A DNA stretch of 63,886 bases, the filler included, from Rhabdomonas costata (Eukaryota): the NCBI GenBank assembly GCA_019059605.1. It is 45 parts of 45 records of this genome, joined end to end, with 100 filler letters (N's around TTAATTAATTAA, not from the genome) between each part and the next. Parts side by side here need not be neighbours in the genome. Positions count along the whole stretch, not along the records: positions 24,179 to 25,496 come from JAHMHO010019434.1; positions 25,597 to 26,919 come from JAHMHO010019435.1; positions 27,020 to 28,342 come from JAHMHO010019436.1; positions 28,443 to 29,773 come from JAHMHO010019437.1; positions 29,874 to 31,185 come from JAHMHO010019438.1; positions 31,286 to 32,607 come from JAHMHO010019439.1; positions 32,708 to 34,029 come from JAHMHO010019440.1; positions 34,130 to 35,452 come from JAHMHO010019441.1; 37 more parts are not named here. One strand, written 5' to 3'. The notes under the pieces are model-generated. The model searched no databases. It was not told the origin of the DNA and saw only the letters and a program-made list of their open reading frames with translations. Shown here in pieces: positions 24,941 to 36,874 of this stretch (positions are counted from its first letter, which is position 1; every line of letters starts with the position of its first letter). Made by a program: the position numbers and the translations under genes.

Positions 24941-25496
24941 CCGGAAGTGGGTCTCCGCCGAGCTCCCCGGCGGGCCACCCGCTCGCTGACTTCACGGTGT
25001 TCGGGCTGGACCTCAGCGGGCAGCTCAGTGAGCCTGTGCTGTGGTTCGGCTCTGCCGGTGCAGACACCCCGTGCCACATGGACACGTACGGGTACAACCT
25101 GGTGGTGCAGATCTTCGGCCGAAAGAGGTTGCTGTTTCTGGCAGCGGAGAACAACCATTGCCGCACCCCTTTCACTGCCGAACGTTTGGTGGGCGTTAAA
25201 GTTGTAAGGCACGGGTGGTGATGCTGTTTGAATGGGGGTTCTGTGGTCAGTTGTCTTCTGGCCAGTGCCTGGGACCTGCGCCAGGAGAGGTCCCCTGTCC
25301 TGGGGTGTTCAAACTGAGACGGGTATTCGTGTTTGCAGCGGAAGAGTCGCCGTGTGCACTGTGGTCAAAGGTGGATCATGTTTGCTCCCTCGGACACCAA
25401 GCTCCTGTACCCCACTCGCCTGCCGTACGAGGAAAGCAGCGTTTACACTCCAGTGAACGTCGCACGCCCTGACCTCCGAAAATTTCCGGACTACCC
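24941..25496 (+). CDS. HSPBAP1: HSPBAP1-like JmjC-domain protein, 2 exons
   Basis: Exon about 24941-25127 (VLWFGSAGADTPCHMDTYGYNLVVQIFGRK AG|) and exon from 25371 (RWIMFAPSDTKLLYPTRLPYEESSVYTPVNVARPDLRKFPDY); TPCHxDxYGxNLV and LYPTRxPYEESSV are characteristic. Confidence 0.9.
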
Positions 25497-26460
25497 NNNN
25501 NNNNNNNNNNNNNNNNNNNNNNNNNNNNNNNNNNNNNNNNTTAATTAATTAANNNNNNNNNNNNNNNNNNNNNNNNNNNNNNNNNNNNNNNNNNNNTGTT
25601 TTCCTTTCCTTCCGTTGTGGTCTTCCCGATTAAAATAAATATGGCGGGGGGGGGGCGTCAGCTCACTTGGAGCTTTAGCGCCAACTGACACAACTGTCCC
25701 TAAGTCAAAGAATAAAACTCAATTGGATCAACCCGTTGTGATTTTTCACAATAATCGGAGTTTTTCGAGAGGACCTTTCATTGCTCTCGGTTTTACACTG
25801 ACCCGCTGCAAGTCTTTGTGTCTTTGGTTCGGGTGACTGGGACATGACTGGGAAAAAAATCTCTGTGTTTCCTCTAACTTACTTACGAGTGTCACTTCGT
25901 CGGAGGCTTCCGGGTACCACTTTTGCGGTGCGTGCTGCCCTTTGTTTGTTGGTGTTGGTGTTAACGCCCACTTTTACTCCACATCCCCAGAGATTTGGGT
26001 GTGTTCTGCAAAAGTTTCAATTTAGAACTGTATGTGGTGCCCCTTGTTTCGTTTCTTCGTTTGCACTGGTTTACCGTTCTGTTATTTTTGGTGTTTTGTT
26101 AGTCCCGCTTGATCTCTCTCGCGTTCCTTCTTGTACATTTTTGGGTGACGCTGCGTAGCGCATATAGTTGTGTTCTCCCATCCCTGTAATTAGGTTTGGC
26201 GTGTTTCCGGTATACAAGGCCCTTTGTCTTTTTTGGATGCCCCCCAATGGAAACTGGAACCCCGTCTGTGTGTTCTGCAAAAAAAAAAAGCTTTGCACTT
26301 CGACTTTTTCTTCCTTGTTGTCGTTGAGCAGTCTTTACGGTAAATCGCTCTAACTATGCAACCCCCGTTGCATTGCCCCGTTTTTATTTTGATTTGCTAC
26401 GTCACAGAGCGTTTCAAAGTACCCCGCACACACGCGCACGCTTCTTTTTCTGTTTCTCAG

Positions 26461-26798
26461 GGGCGCCGCGGCTGCTGTCGTCGTTTACGACATCACAAGC
26501 TACGAGTCATTTACTCGTGCCAAGGCTTGGGTCAAGGAGCTCAACCAGCGAGCTGATGCCAACATTGTAATAGCTTTAGCTGGCAACAAGTCGGACCTCG
26601 CTGAGAAGCGAGCCGTCGAGGAAAAGGTTGCTTGTTGCCGTCTTTCTGAAAGAGCCAAAGGCACAGTCGGATTTTTCGTGGCTGCGTTTTTCCTTTTCTT
26701 TTAGGAAGCCGCGGCTTACGCTGAAGAAAATGGCATTATACACATGGAGACCAGTGCCAAGATGAACCACAACATCACCAAGTTGTTCCAAGCAATTG
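26461..26798 (+). CDS. RAB5: Rab5-subfamily small GTPase, 2 internal exons
   Basis: Exon 26461-26626 ([55 protein letters not shown]), 78-nt GT-AG intron, exon 26705-26798 ([31 protein letters not shown]). Not resolved in the ORF track. Confidence 0.93.
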
Positions 26799-27135
26799 GT
26801 GCCATTTTGCTTGATTTTTGTGCACGTGCTTGGCAGACTACCAAATTTCTCACTTTTTTTCTGCATAATGTCGCGTTTTTTTTTGCTGTGGTCCTTGGAG
26901 GACAGATGTACCCAAAACCNNNNNNNNNNNNNNNNNNNNNNNNNNNNNNNNNNNNNNNNNNNNTTAATTAATTAANNNNNNNNNNNNNNNNNNNNNNNNN
27001 NNNNNNNNNNNNNNNNNNNTGTGGGGTGTGTTTGGGTTGTTGGGTAGGTATTGGTCGCGTGGGGGCTCATTTGTTTCACTGCTCGTGGTGGATTTCTCGT
27101 TTTCGTCCTTTGATCGGGTGGTGCTGTCTCGGGGA

Positions 27136-27924
27136 ATCTTGGATGGGACTGATGGCATGTCCTTTAATCTGGAGGGCAACACCTTTGTTTGTCCCTTGCC
27201 CCCGATCCCGAGCTGGGTGAAAGTTAGCTCTTGCGTAGGTATTGGTCGCGTGGGGGCTCATTTGTTTTGTTGCGTCTCAGGTTTCTTCTTGCTTGACAGC
27301 CCTCTAAGGTCTTCTGTTTCGTCGCTGTCGCTCCGCATCGACACACCAGCTCTTCGATACAGCTCGCTTTTGTGATGACTTTCTGGTTTCCTTTGACTCG
27401 TTAATTTTTAAAGGAGCCAAGTACCCCCAGTGCGACCCGTAGGCAACAGGGATGCAGGTGTTTCACAGGAACAGACCAATCTAACCATATGTTACAGTCA
27501 GGAATGCGAAGGTTGATAAGTATGAAGTTATTCATGCCTTTCTGAGGGAAGCTTTAGAAAAGCCTCCTGCCCCTTTGCATGTGTAGTCGTGCATGTTTGA
27601 GGCTGCGTTTGAAATGCTTTAACACTATACGAAGTGAACATCCTCCAGTCTCCGGAATGACCCAGGTGGACCACTTACCCTGGGGTTCAAGTGCGACCCA
27701 AGTGTCTCCTTGGGCCCACGCCACTCTTTTTGCTGCGCCTTTGCGTAGTTACCCGGTGTGGCATTTGATTGACGTGACTTGCAACCGTCGGCCGGAAGTT
27801 ATGATTGCACACGGACGCTCATTTGCTCAGGCAGCGACATGCTCGCGACGGTTGGGCAGCAGCTGCGCTATTTCATCGCCCCCTTGGCTGGATGCGGCCT
27901 TGTGAACGGCACCTGGGACATCGG
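27136..27924 (+). CDS. Probable LRR-cap-containing surface/receptor protein, exon fragments
   Basis: SFNLEGNTFVCPLPPIPSWVKVSSCV G|GT (ends 27238) resembles the LxGNxFxCPLP LRR C-cap; phase-compatible exon 27831-27924 (GSDMLATVGQQLRYFIAPLAGCGLVNGTWDI). Confidence 0.45.
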
Positions 27925-28496
27925 GTTGACACCCGTCTTTTTGTTTCTCGCTTTTTTTTGTTCTTTGAAAATCTTTTAAACTTTGTGTTTGTTCTACCTT
28001 GTGCCTGTTGCTAACCTGATGAATGATTTGCTAACCTTGGTATCGCTGCAACGCCCTATTAAAATCCACAATGCAACTTCAACAGGCCGTGTGCCTCCTT
28101 CCCCAAAATTAACTTTTATGTGGAAGTGGTGCAGCCCAGTCTTATGCAATTACCGGTTTTTTTTAGCGCGAAATTCCCCGTTTTGTTTGGAATCTTGGTC
28201 CAACTGCTGGAAGCGCCGGACTTGTGTTTCTATCTTTATGTTTCCCTTCCGCGGTGGGATGTTCGTTGACCTTAGCTGGGCCGTTATCGGCTGGGGGAGT
28301 TTGATTATGGTGGGGGCAGGTATCCATGCCTCCAGCCCTGGGNNNNNNNNNNNNNNNNNNNNNNNNNNNNNNNNNNNNNNNNNNNNTTAATTAATTAANN
28401 NNNNNNNNNNNNNNNNNNNNNNNNNNNNNNNNNNNNNNNNNNTTCTATTGTTTTTCGAAGCCAATTACCCTAATTGGCGAGTTGTTTTTCTCGCAG

Positions 28497-29065
28497 CTGG
28501 CAGCCCGGCGAGCACTTGATACCCTGTGGCAGCTCCGATCCTTCCTGGGCCTCTGGGGCAGTGTCATTGATGTCACCACTGGTTCCTTTTCCCTTTTTTG
28601 AAGCCCACACCACAACTTAATTGGACAATGTTGTTTTCCCCCTGCTGTTCTCGTTTTCAGGTGTTCAGGTGTTCATGTAGCCATGCTTGCTTCGTTATGC
28701 CCTGACTGTCGGGTCTAATGGGGGTCCTCACTTTCATTGTGTTTGATGATCAATTGTTTGCCAGCATGAACAGTTTTCTAACCAGCATCGGCGTAATGTG
28801 ACGTGCCGTGGCAACCATGCTTCTCCAGAGCAGCGTGAGCAGTGGTATCTGAGCGGACGAAGACAGGCGGGGCGGGGCGGGAAGAAACCGGTCCCCCAAC
28901 TTCATTGAATCATCCCATCACAATGGCTCTTGTCCATTTGTACGTTTAGCGCAGTGGATGGTGTACGATGCTGACATCGGAGCTTCCACCGACTCCTTGT
29001 ACGAATACCTCTTCAAAAGTTACGTCATGTTCAATGACGAGCACTACCTGAACCTTTTCGAAGAA
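28497..29065 (+). CDS. GH47 alpha-1,2-mannosidase, EDEM-like, 2 exons
   Basis: Exon 28497-28581 (LAARRALDTLWQLRSFLGLWGSVIDVTT) and exon 28950-29065 (AQWMVYDADIGASTDSLYEYLFKSYVMFNDEHYLNLFEE); GH47 IGAxxDSxYEYLxK motif. Confidence 0.9.
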
Positions 29066-29219
29066 GTGCTTGTTTGTTTGTGTGGTTTTTTTTTGTTTGT
29101 TTGTTTGTGTGTGTGTGCTTGTATTCCGTATTCTCGCTGCTCTTCACGTACCGCCGTACACGCATGCATTGCGGATGATATCAACCACACCGCACGTCCA
29201 TGCTCACCTCGCGTCTTCT

Positions 29220-29221
<2 letters not shown>

Positions 29222-29255
<34 letters not shown>
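29222..29255. repeat. (GT)n microsatellite; shorter CA/GT tracts also near 5362, 11497, 14589, 14759 and 23845
   Basis: About 17 consecutive GT units. Confidence 0.95.
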
Positions 29256-29258
<3 letters not shown>

Positions 29259-31879
29259 GAGGGGTTTGTGTGTGTGTGTGTGTGCGTGCGTGTTCTCTAA
29301 TACCTTTTCAATTGTCACGGTGGTAACAAAAGGACGATTGCGGGGCATGTTGATAACGTTCGCTGTCGTCTTTTGAAAAACGATGGGAACGCTATACCAT
29401 GGAAGGGGAAGGGACTACGCATTGCAGGCAGCTGTCACTGTCATCTTCGTCAAGTTCTTTTGAGGATGTTTTTGTGTGAAGGTGTTGGGTTGTAGTGCTG
29501 GGATCTCACAGGCGTACTCGGCGGCTGAACAGCATCTTCGAAAGGATGACTGGTACGTCAGAATAAACCACCACTCGGGTATCTTGCCCTAAGAGGAGAA
29601 TCCAGGAACGGAAGGAAGGACGGAGAGGTGAGCAGAGTGGAAGAGTAACTGAAGTTAGCGCCAGTCTCTTGCTGCTTTCCCCTGCCCTTTCAGCCCTCAT
29701 TAGAATTTTCTGTGGTGCACCTCACCTCCCACCCACCCAACCCAGTTGTTGTGACAGAACCGCGGACTGCTGTNNNNNNNNNNNNNNNNNNNNNNNNNNN
29801 NNNNNNNNNNNNNNNNNTTAATTAATTAANNNNNNNNNNNNNNNNNNNNNNNNNNNNNNNNNNNNNNNNNNNNGTGTAGAGTAGTAGTTCGAGTGCAGGG
29901 TCGAGTTTGATCTACTGGACAATGGAGCGACAAGCAGTATTACCGCTAAGGAACGGGGCCCGGTTTTTTGTTTCTCCCTCCCGCACACGCACACAGTATT
30001 CTCTCCTTCCGCGAGTGTCTTCCACCCCAACAGACCACGTACCCCGTCCCGTGTTTAGGGTGCGCGGTGCTCATCCAAAAGTTCATTCACAATTCACGCA
30101 TACAGACGTACGCTATTGGTGTCGTTATGCTAGGGCAGTCGTGTAGAGTAGTAGTCCAGTTGATTTCAGGGTGTGTACGGTCCCCAATTCCAGGGAACAG
30201 GTGCATCGTCATGTAATCCCCTGCAATGTAATTTGTAATTTGGCATGTAATTTGGCCATCTTACCCCAGGCAAATGTGCAGCGCAACCTAAACCCAGCGT
30301 TGGCCAAATTCCGAGGCTGCGCGATGGTTTTCCGGTCGAATTTCTGTCACTCCATTCAAAAACTAGTTCCGATGCAGAGAAAAACGTTCTGTGGTTCTCG
30401 ATCGAACGCAGCCCGAAAGGAGCTGGAGGGGCGAAGAGAGGCTTTTGTATCTTGAAGCCCATCACCGGGTTAAAGCATCATGCCTACCAAAATATGCCCG
30501 AGCATGTCGACAAAACCAGAAAGCAAAAAGGAAGAGGAGGTCTCAGGGAGCTTTCCCCGGGAAATGCAGGCATAACCAGAAAAGCCGACGAAAGGCACCC
30601 ATCAGGAACTTCGTAGTGCTAGTTTAACATGGTTTAACCACTTAATGCCCCACCCCCCAGATTCAATCATTAACTGAAGACCCCACACACACCGCATTGG
30701 CAATGACCTTCCATTCTGAGACACGTGTCTTTGCCTTCTCCTCTCTGGTGTCATCGCTGAGAGGCAGACCAATAAACAGGAACATCAACAGTTACACCCA
30801 GCGCGTTGCAAACCGTCCAGAACCCGTCGTCCCACATCCAATCCGAAAATAATGGATGCTGGGAGACCAAAAGTTCCGCAAGACAGGCACAATGCAAGCA
30901 TCCGGGAGAGAATAAAGAAACGATAACTGGAAACTGTGGCACAAATATGGGTGTGGTAACCGCAAAACATTCTCTGCCCCGTGGAAATGCAGGAGACTTC
31001 CTGGGATATATCCTCTGGAAGAAGCACCTCAGACGCAGAGGGAGTGGGAAACGGGCATAGCCCTTCAACCTCTGCCTCCGGACCCTCGTTAACACCACCC
31101 CCGAGAGGGCATCTACATAGCACAAAGAAAACCAAAAAGGGGAGAAATAGTGCGAAGATGGCAACATCGCAAATACAACAAACAANNNNNNNNNNNNNNN
31201 NNNNNNNNNNNNNNNNNNNNNNNNNNNNNTTAATTAATTAANNNNNNNNNNNNNNNNNNNNNNNNNNNNNNNNNNNNNNNNNNNNGTTTTTTTGTACATC
31301 GCATGGGGCTGACCACCATTGTAAATGTCAAGAGCGGATTCCATTATTCGAAGCAACGAAGAGTTGGCTGTCAATGCGAAAACGCCGCTTCAAAATTTCT
31401 TTGCAATTTCCGACCACCGACGACGGGCTGTTTTTTTTTTCGCCCGAATAACCTGTGCTGTTGCTGTTTCAAATTGTATTTCAGCATCCTTGTGGGAAGG
31501 ATTCGAAAGGGCCAAATTCAGACTGTGCCAAACCCACCACTTTCGAAATCTCGCATACAAAACATCGCTTGGTCCCCCATTTTCCCGCGATTATGACTGG
31601 CCGTCCCGAATACAGTCTGCTTCAAAAGGCAATGACCCCTTGATCATCGTTTTCTCTGTCTTGAGTATTTTTTTTTGTCCCGGTGGGACTCATTTTGACA
31701 GTTTCCTCCCTTCCATTCTGCCATATTTTCAGTATAAGGTCCGAAACCTTGACGGCTCTGAGCACTTAATTCGAGTTAACTTATTAGCTAACTGATTTCC
31801 TTGAATGGCTTTTTCCTGCTTCCCGATGCCCGGAAACTGAAAAAGAAAACCTAAAAGAAAGGAGAAGGGAAGGTGAAAC

Positions 31880-32550
31880 GACCTCATGGAAAATGTTACA
31901 CTTTCGGAGAAGAAAGCCCATCTAACAATGAGAAGGAACAAAGCCAGTCAATTAGACCAGTGAGCGGAAAAGCCGAGAGAAACTGATACGCCCTGGAAGG
32001 AAATGGTGGAGTTGTAGTTGGGGAACGGAGATCATCATAATAGCCTCTGAAATTCTGGCACGTGGATGCAGGTGCATTACAAGAATTGGCATCACGTACC
32101 ATGTACCTTCTGACAACCACAATGAAGCCTTAGTATCACCAAAACAGCGGTTGGCTTCCATCGGAAAGGAAAAAACAGGTCCAATAGTTGTGTGGTAGTA
32201 TGGATGCATTGATCAACCCAACGTGGTCACGCGCGGCTGATAGAACCCAGCCGCTCCAGAAAGTGCGGGAAACTTTTTTTGCTTCACCACGAAGTGGGAC
32301 TGCAGGGGAGTAACCCTGTATTAAGACTTTTGATGAGTTCCCTACAAGAAGATGACAGCGACTGCGAAATGCACACAAAAGACCGCCCATATTGAGCAGA
32401 AGCGCGAAAGAACCTTAGGAAAACTGGAAGCAAAGTCCAGACAAAATATCTGGAGCAATCACCATTATTGTCATCACGTCTGGCACACCAAGCGGTATTG
32501 CATGTCGGACTATCGAAGGTATCAGGCGTTAAACGCTGAACACGGGTAAG
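31880..32550 (+). mobile_element. Possible decayed APE (EEP) endonuclease of a LINE-type retrotransposon
   Basis: Interrupted motifs in plausible order: LEGNGGVVVG (GGV), IGITYHVPSDN (Y.P), GPIVVW* (where IVxGDFN is expected), then WSNHHY...SDY. Many stops. Confidence 0.3.
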
Positions 32551-32773
32551 ATTTGAATGCCATTTCCTTTCGAAAGTCATTGTTACGTGACATCCCGCCG
32601 CTCGTCCNNNNNNNNNNNNNNNNNNNNNNNNNNNNNNNNNNNNNNNNNNNNTTAATTAATTAANNNNNNNNNNNNNNNNNNNNNNNNNNNNNNNNNNNNN
32701 NNNNNNNGGGGTGGTGGTGTGGTGTCAAACTGGGAAGGCGGATCCTCCGCAGATCGATCCCGGGGTTGCTCAC

Positions 32774-33656
32774 CACCTTGGCGTACATCACCGGGAACTC
32801 CCCGCGGCACAGCGCCAGCCACAGCTCCGGGATCTCAGCCAGCCTGTGCAGCCTGGCACAGCACCGGCCCACCTGAGAAGGACCCCATGGAAACATTTGG
32901 TGCACACTCGGAAGTGAACCCGGAGTGCAAAAAGGTCAGCGTCAAGAGGATCGAGGAGGAACCTGGCGGTGGGGGAAGATTTGACAAATCAATCGACTCA
33001 AAGCCATTCAGGTGGCATCTTTCGAAGAAAAGTTCGGTGCGTGCGCGTGCATGGCTGCGCACGAGAGAGGAGGTCAGTGGGGTGCTGGGTGCCTTGCCGT
33101 GTCGTAGGAGGGCGCAAAACCCGCTTTGCGATGACGAATGTGATGTGTAATTCGTGAATGAGAATGAGCTACAGCAGGCTACACCGTATCTGGACAGTTT
33201 GTGACGTTACGTCATGAAGGGACAGCATATGCTACCAATGTCCAGTGGCACATCTACAGGCCAAAAAGGCTTCATTTCGAAATGTTACACGTTACCGACT
33301 AAGTTTTGGATTTCGAGGTGTAACTAGGCTTAACTTTCCGCTCCACACATCCAACTTTTAACTTCAGAGGCGCAACGTCAACACTAAAAAGACCGGACCC
33401 TCGCAGACGGCTAGCCAAACCAGACAAGAGCGAACCACCGATCCAAAAATCCCTGAATGTGAAGCTCACATACGGCATGGAATAGAAAATGAAAGAAACA
33501 AGGGTCGCAGATGAGATGAGGGAGCACGAGGGGTTAGGGTCCCTAGACCTTGGTCAAGTCCCTGCAGGGCAGAAACGAAAGCACCACCAGGTGCACCTCG
33601 GAGGGGATGCTCAGAAAGGCCGCCCTCGCCACCTCACAAGGAAGCAGGCCCTTCAT
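32774..33656 (-). CDS. F-box protein, first 2 exons
   Basis: Exon 33656-33549 (MKGLLPCEVARAAFLSIPSEVHLVVLSFLPCRDLTK|GT) joins in phase 0 to exon from 32872 (VGRCCARLHRLAEIPELWLALCRGEFP), completing an F-box motif. Confidence 0.85.
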
Positions 33657-35949
33657 TCTTCAGAGTACAGCAATACGGCAAAAGATGAGCGGACAGGCTG
33701 CACCAAGAGAATGAAGAAAAAATACCGCAGGAGTTGGCAGGCTTCAGTAGCATACAAAAAACAGAGCAAGTCTCGGCGCGAGCAAATCAGCGCACGTTGT
33801 AAAATCGAGCACACTTGAATGCAGCGCACTGAAAATGCCCATTAACATTCACAATGAATTTGCATTCATTGCATATGCAGCAAATAGGTATGTTAATTGC
33901 AGCGCTTTGAGCCAAGCTCCATTACCAAGCTTGTCCAAAGAGCAAGCCAACTTCACCAAAATTCATCTTATGTGCGAGGTGGTGGGTCATTGCTTTCCTC
34001 CCGACCGGCCGTGTGGTGAAAAAACCACANNNNNNNNNNNNNNNNNNNNNNNNNNNNNNNNNNNNNNNNNNNNTTAATTAATTAANNNNNNNNNNNNNNN
34101 NNNNNNNNNNNNNNNNNNNNNNNNNNNNNGGGGTTGGGGGGTGGGTAAAACTTATTTCGTCTCAAAACGTCACCCAATTCGCTGATTAACACCCCATGGT
34201 CATTCTCGGACAGAGGACATAACATTGACCTCAGAACGTGAGCTAGAGTGGTGGGTTGAGGCAAAGTGGAACGCTGGTTCTACTAGGCCGGGTGCACTTT
34301 CAAAGCAATTTTTGGGTCTTTGCAGGCATACTGTGCTTTCAAACGGGCTGCTTTTTTTTGCACACCTGAGTGTTGCCTTCTAGCACCGAAGAGAGCTTGC
34401 TCATTAAATCTCCGGCTTGCTTTGCTCAAGAGTAAAAACGTACATGTGTACAGTGTGGAGGCACGAAGCGTAGCGGTGTAGGAGGTGGAGGAGCGAGTGA
34501 CGGCATTCTCATGCCGTCATGCAGCCACTCTTCACTCACACTTGGGGTTGGTTATGGGTAGTGGTCTTGTTGGCTCAGTGACATTACGACACTAGCCGTG
34601 CCACTACACCAGTGCCCACTTCACTACATTAGGTACGCTGGTACCACTATGGGTTGGTGAGTGGGTTGTAGCAACGCCGCCACCGCTCTGACACCACCAC
34701 CGGATGATAGCAAGGGTACAACACATCCTAACCACTCCTTCAACACGAGGTGCTAACACATGCCACACCACCACCACCACCACTAAGTATGGGGATATAC
34801 ACCATGACTTACCACAGTGTACCAACACTCTGCGCCTATACCAACACCTGGTAGTAGCACACATACATATGGAACTACTAATAGGGTAACCATGCCCCTA
34901 CGTTGGTTCTACACACATATGCACTATGGTGTTGTGTCTCTGGATACATGGGGTCAAAAGCGTGTGACAACCTGTGAGGTACGCCCTTGACTCTCCCCAT
35001 GCCAACTGTGGGTCACCTCGGCACCTGCACTTGACCAACCTGTGGCGTTCGTGCATAGCCTAAGCTCACCAGTTACCAGGTACCGGTAGTACTCCACATT
35101 CCATTTCCTTGTTTCGTACGTGGGAACTCAGCTTAGTCGTGTGTATTCATGTTGGCGTCGTTTCCTAGGTCGTAGCAGTACGCAGGTAGTGACTATTGCA
35201 TGGTAGCACAGTCCTCCTATCCAATCACTTCAACTATGCTCGACGACACACACCGCAGCATACACACAAATCCCGATTCCATCGCATAGATGTAACCCCG
35301 GCACCAGATGGACAAGATTGGCATGGTTGACTAAGAAGCGTTTCCGCACAGCAACGAACACATATACACACAATACCCCACGCACAGATCGGCAGTCACA
35401 GAACCCTAGCCCCACTACAACCCCTTGCATAGATATATATGGCATCGGGCGANNNNNNNNNNNNNNNNNNNNNNNNNNNNNNNNNNNNNNNNNNNNTTAA
35501 TTAATTAANNNNNNNNNNNNNNNNNNNNNNNNNNNNNNNNNNNNNNNNNNNNGGTGGTTGTTGGTCCTTTTGTACGGTTGCCTGCACAACAGAAAGCGAA
35601 CCCTTTCTATATCTGTCTCATAGGTTGCCGCGATCTGTTACGTTGTGCTTCTGTAATTTTTTTGTGAGTTGGCAACTGCCTTCTCGCAGCCTGAAAGTGT
35701 AACAACCTTGTAATACCTAAGGTATGTGTGTGTGGTGTAGCATGGTTGGTGGTAGTAGCATGGTTTCACATTGTTGCTTCCAGGCTTGGTGGACTCATGG
35801 CGTCATCTCACCTGGGCATCGGTCGTAACAAGCCGTGTTAGTCTAGTGACTGTGAGGTGATGTGATACCGCTGGTGGTCATGGCGTGGTATCCCAGGTCG
35901 TGTTAGGTGTGTTAACCCCTACACACTGATGTTGTACCCAATCTTGAAG

Positions 35950-36874
35950 TGCGGTGGTGTTGGCATCCGTACCGTTGTCATCACCTCAATGCTTTCCCTA
36001 CCTGGTGCATCATTCCATGCTCTGTGTCAAAGCAGCCCCTCCCCTAACCCAACACAGCCTCAAAGCGTGATGGTGGTGCCAAGTGAGCTAAGGGTGCATC
36101 TGACACACATCTGACACACGCAACCTACTCCAACCTGGTGGAATGTCAACCCCGGCACTAAGGTAGCTTAGTTTGTGAATGATGCCCTGTGTTAACGAAG
36201 GCTACAGCCACCGCAGTGTTGGGAAGTTGGCACCTGGGGAGGTTGGAGGCTGCCTTAGGGTGATCGATGCCACCACTGCGTCATGCTGGATGGTGGGATG
36301 GCCAGGTCACATGTAGGGACTGCCAACCCTAACCCACGATGTCTTGCCGATGTGGTGATGCTAACTGAAGTGAGGGAGCGTAAGGATGCAGCGAAGCCAC
36401 TCCAACCCCTCATGCTTGTGTCATGGTGTGTATCGATGCTGCTACGCGCCATGTCAACCCAAAGCTACGCTGGGGTTTGCATGCAACCTAGGAATGAGCA
36501 TCAGCGGGCGTAGCGAGTGAATTAACACGCACAGAAACATCCTGAGGGGTTTCTAGCGTTCGTGATATTGGACTTTATCCAAACTCACTCACTCCATGCT
36601 GCAGATGATGTTGAGGGATGCCGAGATAGTCCCTGGGTGAATCCTGCGCTCATGATCTTCGGTACGACCTCGAATCATGTCGCAAACTTGCCTCAGCTTG
36701 GCAAGCACCTTAGGTTGGTGGAACGACGACAAGGCTGCTGATGTCTGGTCGTTGAGGCTGCCAGCAGTGTTGATGGCTTCCCTGCTGCATGACCCGAGGT
36801 GACCATGACGGCATGGCAAGCACCACCCCAGAAGGGCTACAGTACGATCTGAGGGGCCATCTGGCCCACACACA
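35950..36874 (-). mobile_element. Decayed RLE-type (CRE-like) non-LTR retrotransposon, C-terminal region
   Basis: Remnants in expected order: EGLEWLRCILTLPHF (cf. AGAWL..P), RGLGLAVPTC (cf. RLGLP..C), GHPTIQHDAVV (cf. RHDxV), PGLTFH (cf. RPDL), SDVCQMHP (cf. DVxVxHP). Confidence 0.5.
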
